Below, one piece after another: positions 41,251-50,322 of a DNA stretch of 64,000 nucleotides. The position numbers were made by a program, and so were the translations under genes. This DNA comes from Candidatus Latescibacterota bacterium (lineage in GTDB: Bacteria; Latescibacterota; UBA2968; GCA-2709665): the NCBI GenBank assembly GCA_965222075.1, contig OZ244937.1, positions 5,184,001-5,248,000 of the forward strand, given 5' to 3'. The first letter of the stretch is position 1. Each line of letters begins with the position of its first letter. The notes beneath the pieces are model-generated. The model had not been told where the DNA came from. It ran no database searches and saw only the letters and a program-made list of their open reading frames with translations.

Positions 41251-42618
41251 ATGGCAAAGCATCGAACATCAAAAAATGATCCAAAAGAAGACCAGAATGA
41301 AGGTATCACTGCAATCTCGGTGCAGGGCTTCAAGTCGCTTGCTGAAGCAAGCCGGATTGAAATTCGTCCGCTGACGATCCTGGCAGGTGCGAACAGTTCC
41401 GGCAAATCGAGTATTATGCAGCCTCTGTTGCTGATGAAGCAGACCCTTGAAGCCAGTTATGACCCCGGACCACTTCTGCTAAATGGACCGAATGCGAAAT
41501 TTACGTCCTTCAACCAATTCATTTCGCGTTCACAGAAAGATTCTGATGGCCAGGCATTCAGCGTTGAAATAGGGTACGCGTATAGGACGCTTAAAGTTGC
41601 GTTTGCTCTCACCGAAGAACAGACGCTTGAAATCCGAGATATGATCATTGGAGAAGGCGAAAGTTCTCTTCATTTGATGCCACACCAAAGGGCAGATGAT
41701 TTAGAGAAGGCGATCTCAAAATTTGTTCCAAAGGAAAAAAAATGGCTTAAGTTACCAGAAGGGATTCAGTGGGCGGTTTTTAGAGATCGGTGTTTTCTTA
41801 ACATCACTATCGAGATCCTCGAGGGTAAGGGGGAATTTGTCTTTACCAGAGCTGTCAATCCGGAACTACTTTCTACAATACTTACTACTATATTTTCTAC
41901 TACTGATGAAGAGCTACACCGCATGATTCACGTCCCTGGTTTCCGTGGCAACCCCGAGCGCGCCTATAAGGTAACAACCCCCGGCCCTGATTTCCCAGGC
42001 ACATTTGAACATTATGTCGCCACGATCATTGCACATTGGCAGGCAGAACATGACGGTCGTGTCAAAATGCTTGCGGACTTACTTGCAGACCTTGGCCTAA
42101 CCTGGAAAGTTTCTGCCAGGTCCGTTGATGATACGCAGATTGAATTGCAGGTTGGACGCCTTCCACAACCAGAGTTGGCAGACGATCTGGTAAGTATCGC
42201 TGACGTTGGCTTTGGCGTCTCACAAGTGTTGCCCGTGCTTGTTGCGCTTCTAATTGCTGAGCCGGGACAACTTGTATATCTCGAACAACCGGAATTGCAT
42301 TTGCACCCGCGAGCGCAGTATGGACTGGCGAAAATTCTGGTAGAGACGGCAAAGCGCGGCGTGAAATTGGTCGTGGAGACACATAGCACGTTGTTGTTAC
42401 TACAAGTGCAGACGTTGGTGGCGGAGGGTGATCTCGATCCTGATTTGGTGAAGCTACACTGGTTCTCACGCAACCCCAAAGATGGAACGACATCGATTCA
42501 GAGTGCTGATCTGGATGAAAATGGCGCTTTTGGGGATTGGCCGGAGGACTTTGGCGATGTCGAGTTGATGGCTGAAGGCGCGTATCTGGATGCGATGGAA
42601 GAGCGGAGCAAACAATAA
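41251..42618 (+). CDS. ABC-type (AAA_21/AAA_15) ATPase with DUF3696-like C-terminus
   Basis: GANSSGKS, VGFGVSQ, LEQPELHLHP, ETHS and 'DENG...DWPEDF' motifs. Confidence 0.85.
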   Translation: MAKHRTSKNDPKEDQNEGITAISVQGFKSLAEASRIEIRPLTILAGANSSGKSSIMQPLLLMKQTLEASYDPGPLLLNGPNAKFTSFNQFISRSQKDSDGQAFSVEIGYAYRTLKVAFALTEEQTLEIRDMIIGEGESSLHLMPHQRADDLEKAISKFVPKEKKWLKLPEGIQWAVFRDRCFLNITIEILEGKGEFVFTRAVNPELLSTILTTIFSTTDEELHRMIHVPGFRGNPERAYKVTTPGPDFPGTFEHYVATIIAHWQAEHDGRVKMLADLLADLGLTWKVSARSVDDTQIELQVGRLPQPELADDLVSIADVGFGVSQVLPVLVALLIAEPGQLVYLEQPELHLHPRAQYGLAKILVETAKRGVKLVVETHSTLLLLQVQTLVAEGDLDPDLVKLHWFSRNPKDGTTSIQSADLDENGAFGDWPEDFGDVELMAEGAYLDAMEERSKQ

Positions 42619-43139
42619 TGACACAGCAGCGTCTTCGGCGATTGGTGATTGATGCCGATGTTGCGCATTCTGCGGGTGAATCGGAGCATCCGATTTCAAG
42701 TGCGTGTCGGAGGTTTTTGGAGACAGTGTTGCGTGTTGGACACTATGTTGTGATGACAGAGGCGATACAGGAAGAGTGGCGTCGCCACATATCCAAATAT
42801 TCGAAAAGATGGCGTAGGCGAATGTACGGGCGAAAGTTGGTTATACGGATCGAGGTCGATGAAGATGAGACCTTGCGAGGACGCATTGATGCGGCTGTGC
42901 ACTGGGATCAGAAGGCGATTGTTGCTAAAGATGTCCATCTCATTGAAGCGGCGATTGCGACGGATCGGCTGGTTACTTCCCGAGATAAAGAAGCACGCGA
43001 GGCATTTGGAAATGCGTCGGATAACGTAGGAGAATTGAGACAAATTGTGTGGGTCAATCCGACGCAGGCCGACGAAAAGCCTATTGACTGGCTGCGGAAT
43101 GGTGCAAAGACTGAAGCGCATCGTCAGTTAGGTGCCTGA
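42618..43139 (+). CDS. PIN-like domain protein coupled to the ATPase
   Basis: TAATG overlap; acidic PIN pattern VIDADV...EEW...KDVHLIEAA...TSRD. Confidence 0.65.
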   Translation: MTQQRLRRLVIDADVAHSAGESEHPISSACRRFLETVLRVGHYVVMTEAIQEEWRRHISKYSKRWRRRMYGRKLVIRIEVDEDETLRGRIDAAVHWDQKAIVAKDVHLIEAAIATDRLVTSRDKEAREAFGNASDNVGELRQIVWVNPTQADEKPIDWLRNGAKTEAHRQLGA

Positions 43140-43179
43140 TTCAATCATTGGTTTGAGAAGCAGACCTGGAGATATGGTA

Positions 43180-43440
43180 ACGTGAAGGAATTCTATCAAG
43201 TGTGGTCAGCTGAACAGATTCTTCAGACACCGTCTGAAATATCGCAGGTTCTGACTGAATGGGCTATGGATGTAGCAATTCTCCAGACAGCGTCTGGCAA
43301 ATTTGATACCACTTCCACCTGAAGTACGCCTGGGGGAGCTCCTCGCGGTCTTTCCACTCCCCTGGTCCGTCTACGTGCGGCTGCTGTCGGTCAAGGACGA
43401 GCGCGCCCGCGAGTTCTACGAAGCCGAGGCGCTGCGCAGT
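43180..43440 (+). pseudogene. DUF1016 (YhcG) internal fragment
   Basis: EFYQVW..QILQTPS and FPLPWSVYVRLLSVKDERAREFYEAEALR; frameshifted; about 105 bp nearly identical to 45284-45390. Confidence 0.75.
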
Positions 43441-43591
43441 TTCCGTGGTCGGCGGCATGAAATATCTATTGACCTGGAACTTCAAACATCTGGCCAATGC
43501 AACGATGCGCGGTCAAATCGAGCGAGAGTGCTGATTGAGAGGGTTGGAACCTCCCATCATCTGTACTCCAGAGGAGCTATCAGGAGAATAG
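43441..43591 (+). pseudogene. PIN toxin 3' fragment with internal stop
   Basis: YLLTWNFKHLAN...(TGA at 43532)...PIICTPEEL. Confidence 0.7.
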
Positions 43592-43593
43592 CC

Positions 43594-43773
43594 ATGCATC
43601 ACGATGAGATCATTGAAGAAGTGTGGGCCAATCGCGAGCGGTTGGCGGTGCAACGAAACTACGACGTGCGCGCCCTGTATGAAGATGCAAAGAACCGTGA
43701 GCGTTCCAGTGATCGGAAGGTCGTTAAGCTGGCGCCTCGACGGTGGCCGACCGTTGAGACTATAGAGGAGTGA
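43594..43773 (+). CDS. Small putative antitoxin partner of the PIN gene
   Basis: RBS AGGAG; 'DEIIEEV...RE......YDV..L' family that typically follows CTPEEL-type PINs. Confidence 0.55.
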   Translation: MHHDEIIEEVWANRERLAVQRNYDVRALYEDAKNRERSSDRKVVKLAPRRWPTVETIEE

Positions 43774-43793
43774 AGAGTGAGAGCGCGTAGCTG

Positions 43794-43940
43794 ATGATCC
43801 CCCGCGACTGCAAACGCCTCGCCGAGGTCTCGAAGCACGCCGCGCGGGAGAAGTCGATTCGACACGGGCATCCCTCGACGCTGCATCTGTGGCGGGCGCG
43901 GCGGCCGCTGGCTTCGAGCCGGGCGGAGAACGTGCGATGA
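43794..43940 (+). pseudogene. DUF1156 5' fragment (copy 1) with a 21-bp internal deletion
   Basis: [43 protein letters not shown]; DFPIAEV lost between gccgaggt repeats. Confidence 0.85.
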
Positions 43941-43990
43941 ATGAGAGCGAACTAAAGCGGATTTGCCGCAATGGCGAAAACTCCGGCGTC
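43937..43990 (+). pseudogene. AlbA_2 5' stub
   Basis: [18 protein letters not shown]; ATGA overlap with the preceding fragment. Confidence 0.5.
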
Positions 43991-44076
43991 GTCCGACCAG
44001 GATGTTTGACAGCATATTTTGCTGTCATTAGGCTTTTTCGGTTGACCGAACGCAACGTCCGATAAAGGAGACTGCA

Positions 44077-44334
44077 ATGAGTTCCACCGTCACTGTCCGC
44101 GACATCGACCCGGCGGACAAAGCTTGGCTCAAACGGGAAGCGCGCCAAGTCGGCGTTTCTATGGAAGAGTTCATCCGCCGTCTGATCCGCGAGAAGCGCG
44201 CCAGGGCCGAGCGCCGCGCGACGCCTTCCGAGGCTTTCAGGCGGTATTTCGGACCCGAGCACGGGGTCGAGCTGCCGGAGCCTGGGCGCTACGCATACCG
44301 GAAGGTCGAGTTCGCCGGTGAGAGCGAGACGTGA
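44077..44334 (+). CDS. FitA-like ribbon-helix-helix antitoxin
   Basis: 'TVRDID...K..L...A...GVSMEE..R.L' and 'G.E.GVEL' motifs; RBS AAGGAG. Confidence 0.75.
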   Translation: MSSTVTVRDIDPADKAWLKREARQVGVSMEEFIRRLIREKRARAERRATPSEAFRRYFGPEHGVELPEPGRYAYRKVEFAGESET

Positions 44335-44554
44335 ACGCGCCTGTTGCCTGGCTCCTCGATGCGAATGTCGTATCGGAGATGATGCGCCCGCATCATGGAA
44401 GAGAAGCGGCGGCGAGGCGAGGCGCTCGAAGACCACCTGCCGGACGCCTTTCTCGCGGCAACGGCAGCCCGGCTCGGTCTCACCATCGTCACGCGAAACG
44501 CAAGTGAATTCCGCAACACCGGCGCTGAAGTCGTCGATCCGTGGGCCGGTGGAT
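44331..44554 (+). pseudogene. VapC/FitB PIN toxin with internal deletion and frameshift
   Basis: WLLDANVVSEMMRP in one frame, DAFLAATA....TIVTRN..EF......DPW in another; middle missing. Confidence 0.8.
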
Positions 44555-44602
44555 GACGGTTCAGAGATCGGTTGCAATGAACATGAGACGAAAAGCAGCA
44601 CG

Positions 44603-44926
44603 ATGCTGGACCAACCGACCTTGGACGAAATCATCCGGCGCATCGTAGAGGTTGCCCAGCCGGAGAAGATTATCCTGTTCGGGTCCGCCGCCCGAGGCGA
44701 CATGAACCGCCATAGCGATGTCGATCTGCTCATCATCAAGGAGGGCGCGGATCGGCGGAGCCTGGCGGGACGGATCTCCGAGAACCTGTACGGCGTCGGC
44801 GCGGCGGTCGATGTGGTTGTGGTGACGCCGGCGGATGTGGAGCGCTACAAGGACAGCCATGCGCTGGTCATCAAGCCGGCGCTGCGTGAGGGGAGGCTGG
44901 TATATGAAGCGTTGCCTGAGCGTTGA
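44603..44926 (+). CDS. Minimal nucleotidyltransferase (MNT antitoxin-like), no HEPN partner
   Basis: IILFGSAARG....SDVDLL motif. Confidence 0.85.
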   Translation: MLDQPTLDEIIRRIVEVAQPEKIILFGSAARGDMNRHSDVDLLIIKEGADRRSLAGRISENLYGVGAAVDVVVVTPADVERYKDSHALVIKPALREGRLVYEALPER

Positions 44927-44938
44927 TGCCCTGAAGCA

Positions 44939-44998
44939 CCTGCCTGCGCAGTGCCCCCTGCTTGCGCGCAGCGCGCAGGCAAGTGCGCTGCAGGCAGG
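44939..44998. repeat. Nested palindromic elements (27 bp inside 33 bp)
   Basis: cctgcctgcgcagtgccc[cctgcttgcgcgcagcgcgcaggcaag]tgcgctgcaggcagg. Confidence 0.7.
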
Positions 44999-45430
44999 CC
45001 GGATGCTCAGTACCAGGCTATCTTTGGCGATGTGTCCAGGATTGTTGACGCCGCCAGGCGATCGGCCGCCCGTTCGGTGAATGCCGCCATGACCGCCGCG
45101 TATTGGCTGATTGGGCAGCGTGTCGTTGAGTTTGAGCAATCAGGAGAAAAGCGGGCTGAATATGGAACCGCGCTCATTAAAAGACTGGCGGCGGATTTGA
45201 CGCAGCGATTTGGCCACGGTTTCTCTCGCCAGAACATCCAGCAGATGCGTCAGTTTTATCTTTCGTATCCGCCTGAGCGAATTCGCCAGACAGCGTCTGG
45301 CAAATTTGATACCACTTCCACTGAAGTACGCCTGAGGGAGCTCTTCACGGTCTTTCCACTTCCCTGGTCCGCCTACGTGCGGTTGCTTTTGATCAAGAAA
45401 GAGCATACTCACAGGTTCTGCGAGACGGAG
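44999..45430 (+). pseudogene. DUF1016 (YhcG) N-terminal domain, nuclease domain missing
   Basis: AARSVN..MTAAYWLIGQRVVEFEQ.G..RAEYG...FG.GFS..N..MR.FY...LPWSAYVRLL. Confidence 0.85.
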
Positions 45431-45441
45431 ACTTGTGCGGT

Positions 45442-45576
45442 GATCTCGCGCGATTCGGGTGGCACGAGGTTACCAGGGTCGCCCACTACTATCTGAGCGT
45501 TGACACTCTCAAGCAGCCGATGGAAATTCGGGAAGGTCAGAAGACATCCGAAAGATGGCAAACACGCGATGAATGA
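45442..45576 (+). repeat. Diverged second copy of the helicase 3' end
   Basis: DLARFGWHEVTRVAHYYLSVDTLKQPMEIREG versus DPARFPWHEVTKVAHYWLSVNALKQPMEVREG (40069-40163). Confidence 0.85.
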
Positions 45577-45586
45577 GAGGGCCAAA

Positions 45587-48298
45587 ATGGAAACCATGTC
45601 GAGTGTGAGTGCCAAAGACCCCATCACCAAGGCAAAAGAGTTGCCAGAGGGTGCTGCATTTCATCGGTGTGCACTCCAGGTGAACCCACACGACTACGGC
45701 GGAATCTTCCAAGGGCAGAAAACCAGCGGCGATGCCCGCCAGCACGCTAAAGCCATTGTCGACAAGGCGGTCGAAATCGGCGTTTCCGTGCTCGCCATCA
45801 CTAATCACAACGACGTGAGCGGAGTAGCCGCATTCCAAGAAGCCGCCAAACATACCAACGTCACAATATTCCCCGGTTTCGAGCTTTCTTCCTCTGAAGG
45901 CATTCACATCCTGTGCATCTATCCGCCAGATACTGGCGGGAACCGTTTGGAGCGGTTTCTCGGCAAATTCGGAATCCAAGAGACTAGATCTTCATCGGAT
46001 TTGTCGAGCGAGCCGTTCGACAAGGTACTTACAATGGTCGAGAAACAGGGCGGAGTCGCCATCGCTGCGCACGTGACAAACGACAAAGGGCTTTTCGAGG
46101 CGCTCGAAGGCCAAGCGCGGATCAAAGCATGGCGTGCTAAAGACCTGCTCGCGATACAGATCCCCGGGCCTGTTGCTGACCTGCCCCCAGATTTACGCCC
46201 AATTATCCAGAACAAGAATCCAGAGTATCTGCGGAACCACCCTGCGGATGAGGGTCTGGCCATAGCCGCGATCAACGCGAAGGATGTCATTGATCCTAGA
46301 GATCTGAAAGACCCTTCGGCTACATGCTGGATCAAGATGTCCGAGATCACGGTTGAGGGTCTGCGGCAGGCTTTTCTCGATCCTGGATCGAGAATCCGAC
46401 TAAACAGCGACCCCACACCCGACGAACATACCAAACTCGTTTCGCTGACTTGGGAAGGCGGCTTTCTGGACGGTGCGGCTATTAACCTCAATCGGAACAT
46501 GAATGTCTTAGTCGGCGGGCGCGGCACCGGCAAATCGACCGTCATCGAGAGCCTGCGATACGTGCTCGGATTGGATCCCATCGGCGAGGAGGCAGACAAG
46601 GCCCATAAAGGGATCGTGCGCCAAGTACTCCGTAGCGGAACGAAGGTTTCGCTTCTCGTGCGCTGTTACCGCCCAGCGCGACGCGAGTACCGCATTGAGC
46701 GGACTGTGCCAAATCCGCCTGTGGTTCGTGATGAGGACGGCAAGATATCGAACCTTCTTCCAAAAGAGATGCTTCCTCGCGTCGAGGTTTACGGGCAACA
46801 CGAAATCTCCGAACTCACCAAGAGCCCCGAGAAGCTCACGCGCCTTCTCGACCGCTTCGTCGAGCGAGACGATTCCTCGGCTCGGCGCAAGGCCGATCTC
46901 CGCCGAGAGCTCGAGAAGACGCGGCGATCCATAATGGACGTGTGCACCGAGCTCCAGCAGATCGAGGAGCGCCTAGCCTCCCTGCCAAGACTTGAGGAGA
47001 CACTCAAACGCTTTCAGGAAGCCGGTCTTGAAGATCGCCTGCGCGAACAGAGCTTGCTCGTTCGCGAGGAGCAAGTGCTTGATTCGATTCCCGAGCGCCT
47101 GCGGAATTTCCGCGAATGCCTCGACCTTCTCCACCAAGAGCTCCCAATTGACCGGGTGTTCTTGTCTGAGAGGGCACTCCAGGATCTGCCGGGCAAGAAG
47201 ATTCTTGCGGGCGGCAATGACATACTGGAGTGCCTGAGCACTGATCTCGATAAATTGGCTGGCCAATTTGAAGAAGCACTAAAGCAAGCAGATGAAGGGA
47301 TCGCCAAAATCCGCTCTCGCTGGAATGAGCGCAAAGAAAAGGTCCAAGCCGCCTATGAGAAAATTTTGCGCGAACTTCAGAGATCGGCAGTGGACGGGCA
47401 AGAGTTCATTCGTCTTCGGCGCGAAATCGAGAACCTTCGCCCGCTTGGGGAGCGTAAGTCTTTATTGAAACGGTTAGAAAAAGAACTCCTCGAACGACGG
47501 CGCACGCTGCTTGCCGAATGGGAAGATATCAAGGCAGAGGAGTTCCGGAACTTCGACAGAGCCGCGCAAGCAGTCAGCAAGAAACTTCGCGCCCGCGTCC
47601 AGGTGGAGGTCACCGCCGCAGGCGACCGCGAGCCGCTGCTTCAGTTGCTCCGCGACGAGATCGGGGGCCGTCTCTCCGAGGCAGTATCCATCCTCGCCAA
47701 AGAGGAGGACTTTTCGCTGCCGCAATTCGTCGATAGCTGTCGGATGGGTGCGGATGCCGTTCACCAGACCTACGCGATTCCGCCAGCCCAAGCGCAGCGG
47801 CTTGCCGAGGCGTCTGCCGAGACTTTGATGCACATTGAAGAGTTGGAGCTTTCCCCCACGACCGCAATCCATCTCAACACGGCTCCTGCTGGCAAACCGC
47901 CGTCATGGCAAGCACTCGAAGCTCTCTCGACTGGCCAAAAAGCTACCGCTGTGTTACTGCTCCTACTGCTTGAGTCCGATGCTCCGCTCATCGTTGATCA
48001 GCCCGAGGATGATCTGGACAATCGCTTCATCACCGAGGGCGTGGTTCCCAAAATGCGCGAGGAGAAACGACGCCGCCAATTCGTTTTCTCAACCCACAAC
48101 GCTAACATCCCGGTGCTTGGGGATGCCGAACTGATCGTTGGCCTCACCGCCACTGGAGGTGTGGACGGAGGGAATGCCTACATTGAATCCAAGCACATGG
48201 GATCAATTGATGCGCACCCGGTGCGGGAAATGGTTGAGGAGATTCTTGAAGGTGGCAAAGATGCTTTTGAGCGCCGCCGCCGGAAATACGGATTCTGA
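45587..48298 (+). CDS. PHP domain plus ABC/SMC-like ATPase (TrlF/Ppl-like defence protein)
   Basis: AITNHN, FPGFE, HILC and AHV motifs; GGRGTGKST, coiled coil, LSTGQK, VDQPEDDLDN and STHNAN. Confidence 0.85.
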   Translation: METMSSVSAKDPITKAKELPEGAAFHRCALQVNPHDYGGIFQGQKTSGDARQHAKAIVDKAVEIGVSVLAITNHNDVSGVAAFQEAAKHTNVTIFPGFELSSSEGIHILCIYPPDTGGNRLERFLGKFGIQETRSSSDLSSEPFDKVLTMVEKQGGVAIAAHVTNDKGLFEALEGQARIKAWRAKDLLAIQIPGPVADLPPDLRPIIQNKNPEYLRNHPADEGLAIAAINAKDVIDPRDLKDPSATCWIKMSEITVEGLRQAFLDPGSRIRLNSDPTPDEHTKLVSLTWEGGFLDGAAINLNRNMNVLVGGRGTGKSTVIESLRYVLGLDPIGEEADKAHKGIVRQVLRSGTKVSLLVRCYRPARREYRIERTVPNPPVVRDEDGKISNLLPKEMLPRVEVYGQHEISELTKSPEKLTRLLDRFVERDDSSARRKADLRRELEKTRRSIMDVCTELQQIEERLASLPRLEETLKRFQEAGLEDRLREQSLLVREEQVLDSIPERLRNFRECLDLLHQELPIDRVFLSERALQDLPGKKILAGGNDILECLSTDLDKLAGQFEEALKQADEGIAKIRSRWNERKEKVQAAYEKILRELQRSAVDGQEFIRLRREIENLRPLGERKSLLKRLEKELLERRRTLLAEWEDIKAEEFRNFDRAAQAVSKKLRARVQVEVTAAGDREPLLQLLRDEIGGRLSEAVSILAKEEDFSLPQFVDSCRMGADAVHQTYAIPPAQAQRLAEASAETLMHIEELELSPTTAIHLNTAPAGKPPSWQALEALSTGQKATAVLLLLLLESDAPLIVDQPEDDLDNRFITEGVVPKMREEKRRRQFVFSTHNANIPVLGDAELIVGLTATGGVDGGNAYIESKHMGSIDAHPVREMVEEILEGGKDAFERRRRKYGF

Positions 48299-48306
48299 GG
48301 CAAACC

Positions 48307-49536
48307 ATGAACAAAGCCGATTTGATCGAACTAATCCGCAACGGCGAGGACTCCACTCTGGAGTTCAAACGAGACGGCGTGCAGAACCACGATCTGGCCA
48401 AGGAACTGGTGGCTTTTCTCAATCTGGAGGGCGGCATCATCCTGCTCGGTGTCGAGGACGACGGGCGGATTTCGGGAACATCCCGCGAATCTCTTGATGA
48501 GTGGGTTGCCGAACTCTGCCGCGTCAAGATTGAGCCGCCAGTCGTGCCGCTGCTTTCATGGGCGAGAGATGCCGAGCCGGGTCGGGATGTTCTCGCCATT
48601 CGCGTCACGCGTGGTCCCGACAAGCCTTACGCGCGTGTTCACGGAGGCCGCAGAACTTACTACATCCGTGTCAGCAATACCTCCCGGGAAGCAAGCCGCG
48701 AGGAACTTGAGAGAATGTACCAGGCGTCAGGTCACTTGCGCTACGGCATGAAACCGGCCCCAGGTACCGGTCTCGATGCTTTCGACCTCCGCCGTTTGCG
48801 CGATTACCTGACCCGCATTCTCAACGCGACTGTCCCGGCTGAGGACGATCTTGGTGGCTGGGAGACGTTGTTGCGAAATATCGAGTTGATGACGGTGTCC
48901 GCAGGGCAACTCGTCGCGACTATCGATGGCTTGCTTCTCTTCGGAATCACGCCGAACAGGTACGTGCCGCAATCAGGCATCCGCGCGGTCTGTTTTCCGG
49001 GCACTGAACCCGACTACGCAACCCGAGCGGATGAGGACCTGCGCGGCCCCATGGTTCCGCTGGGAGCCGCGGACGGATCCATGGTCGAAACGGGTCTCGT
49101 GGATCGAGCATGGGACTTCGTCCGTCGTAACACGACGCCAACGGCCCGTCTCGAAGGTGCTCGGAGGATTGACTGCTGGGAATACCCGGAAAGTGTGATT
49201 CGGGAAGCCGTGGTGAACGCACTCGTCCACCGCGACTACAGTATTGCGGGAACCGACGTCATGGTGTCCATCTACTCTGACCGCCTTGAGATCCAGAGCC
49301 CTGGCAGACTACCCAACACGGTGACGCCCGAGGGAATGAAGTTGGGCATGCGTTACGCGCGCAACCAGACGCTGGTCAATATCATGCGTGACTATGGATA
49401 CGTGGACGCCCGCGGCATGGGCGTGCGGAACAAGATCATTCCCGGAATGTTCGCCCACAATGGCACAGAGCCCGACCTGATCGAAGAAGAACACCGCTTC
49501 ACGGTCCGCCTGTGGAAAGAGGGTGAAGGATCGTGA
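48307..49536 (+). CDS. AlbA_2 (Schlafen-like) plus HATPase_c_4 protein
   Basis: GEDSTLEFK, AFLN..GG...GVEDDG, REAVVNALVHRDY, SPG.LP and RN motifs. Confidence 0.85.
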   Translation: MNKADLIELIRNGEDSTLEFKRDGVQNHDLAKELVAFLNLEGGIILLGVEDDGRISGTSRESLDEWVAELCRVKIEPPVVPLLSWARDAEPGRDVLAIRVTRGPDKPYARVHGGRRTYYIRVSNTSREASREELERMYQASGHLRYGMKPAPGTGLDAFDLRRLRDYLTRILNATVPAEDDLGGWETLLRNIELMTVSAGQLVATIDGLLLFGITPNRYVPQSGIRAVCFPGTEPDYATRADEDLRGPMVPLGAADGSMVETGLVDRAWDFVRRNTTPTARLEGARRIDCWEYPESVIREAVVNALVHRDYSIAGTDVMVSIYSDRLEIQSPGRLPNTVTPEGMKLGMRYARNQTLVNIMRDYGYVDARGMGVRNKIIPGMFAHNGTEPDLIEEEHRFTVRLWKEGEGS

Positions 49537-49905
49537 TCTCCACTCGCCCGATGGACTGTCCCATCGCCGGGGTTTCCAGACGTGGAGTGCGAAAAGTCGA
49601 TACGCCGGGGCGGTAAGCCAAGTGCAGTGGGTCCGCGCTTCTTTGGGGTTTAATTTAGGGTTGTTCATATTGCCCCGCCATCAATCGACCGTATAGTGAA
49701 TCCCACTCTGAGCGCTACTACACGGTACCCAGCCGATTTACGTAGCACCCAGAAAGCTGAGATATCCTCATGACAAAATCCTCTATCGTGCTTGGTGATC
49801 TTGCTTCCAAACTTGATCCACTGCGACCATTTGTAGAAAGAATTGCCACTGTGCGTTATTTCACAAAAAGGTTGTTTTCAAGTATTCTGAGAGCCTCGTT
49901 TGTCA

Positions 49906-50070
49906 GAAGCCGTTTTAAAATTCAGATTTGGGAGCGAGTCTTTTGATCAAAAGGTGAATCATCGCAATGTAAATGAGCGCTTCGCTATTTCGTGTCAGGA
50001 CTTCATAATCCTTGCAAAGACGCCGAAAATTCAACAACCAAGCAAAAGGTGCGCTCAACCACCCGGCACC
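49906..50070 (-). pseudogene. IS5-family (IS1031-like) transposase 3' remnant with IS end
   Basis: VVERTFAWL.NFRRL.KDYE....SEA.IY.AMI.L..KRL. Confidence 0.8.
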
Positions 50071-50098
50071 ATTTCATCACCTCACCCTGGAGGCACTA

Positions 50099-50154
50099 CC
50101 TGCTGCCTGCGCCTGCCTCGTCTGAGGCTTCAGCAGGCAGGTCGGACAGGCAGA
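50099..50154. repeat. Nested CCTGCC..GGCAGG palindromic element (30-bp inner unit 50112-50141)
   Basis: cctgctgcctgcg[cctgcctcgtctgaggcttcagcaggcagg]tcggacaggcaga. Confidence 0.6.
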
Positions 50155-50322
50155 TCGGCTGGATCAACTGAACCTGTTTGATTGATCGCCACCTTCAGGT
50201 GGCGCCAAGGTCTCAGCCGCTTTGAGCGATTCACGGTTTTCAAACCTCCAGCTTTGCCAGAGGTCTCTGATTCCTGTATCCTCGAATAGTTCTGCGAAAC
50301 ATATCCTGTAAGGTACACCCTT

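Noticed and set aside
49690-49870. Possible IS4-like transposase start (MTKSSIVLGDLASKLDPLRPFVERIA)
   Set aside because: Too short to assign, and no partner IR was identified
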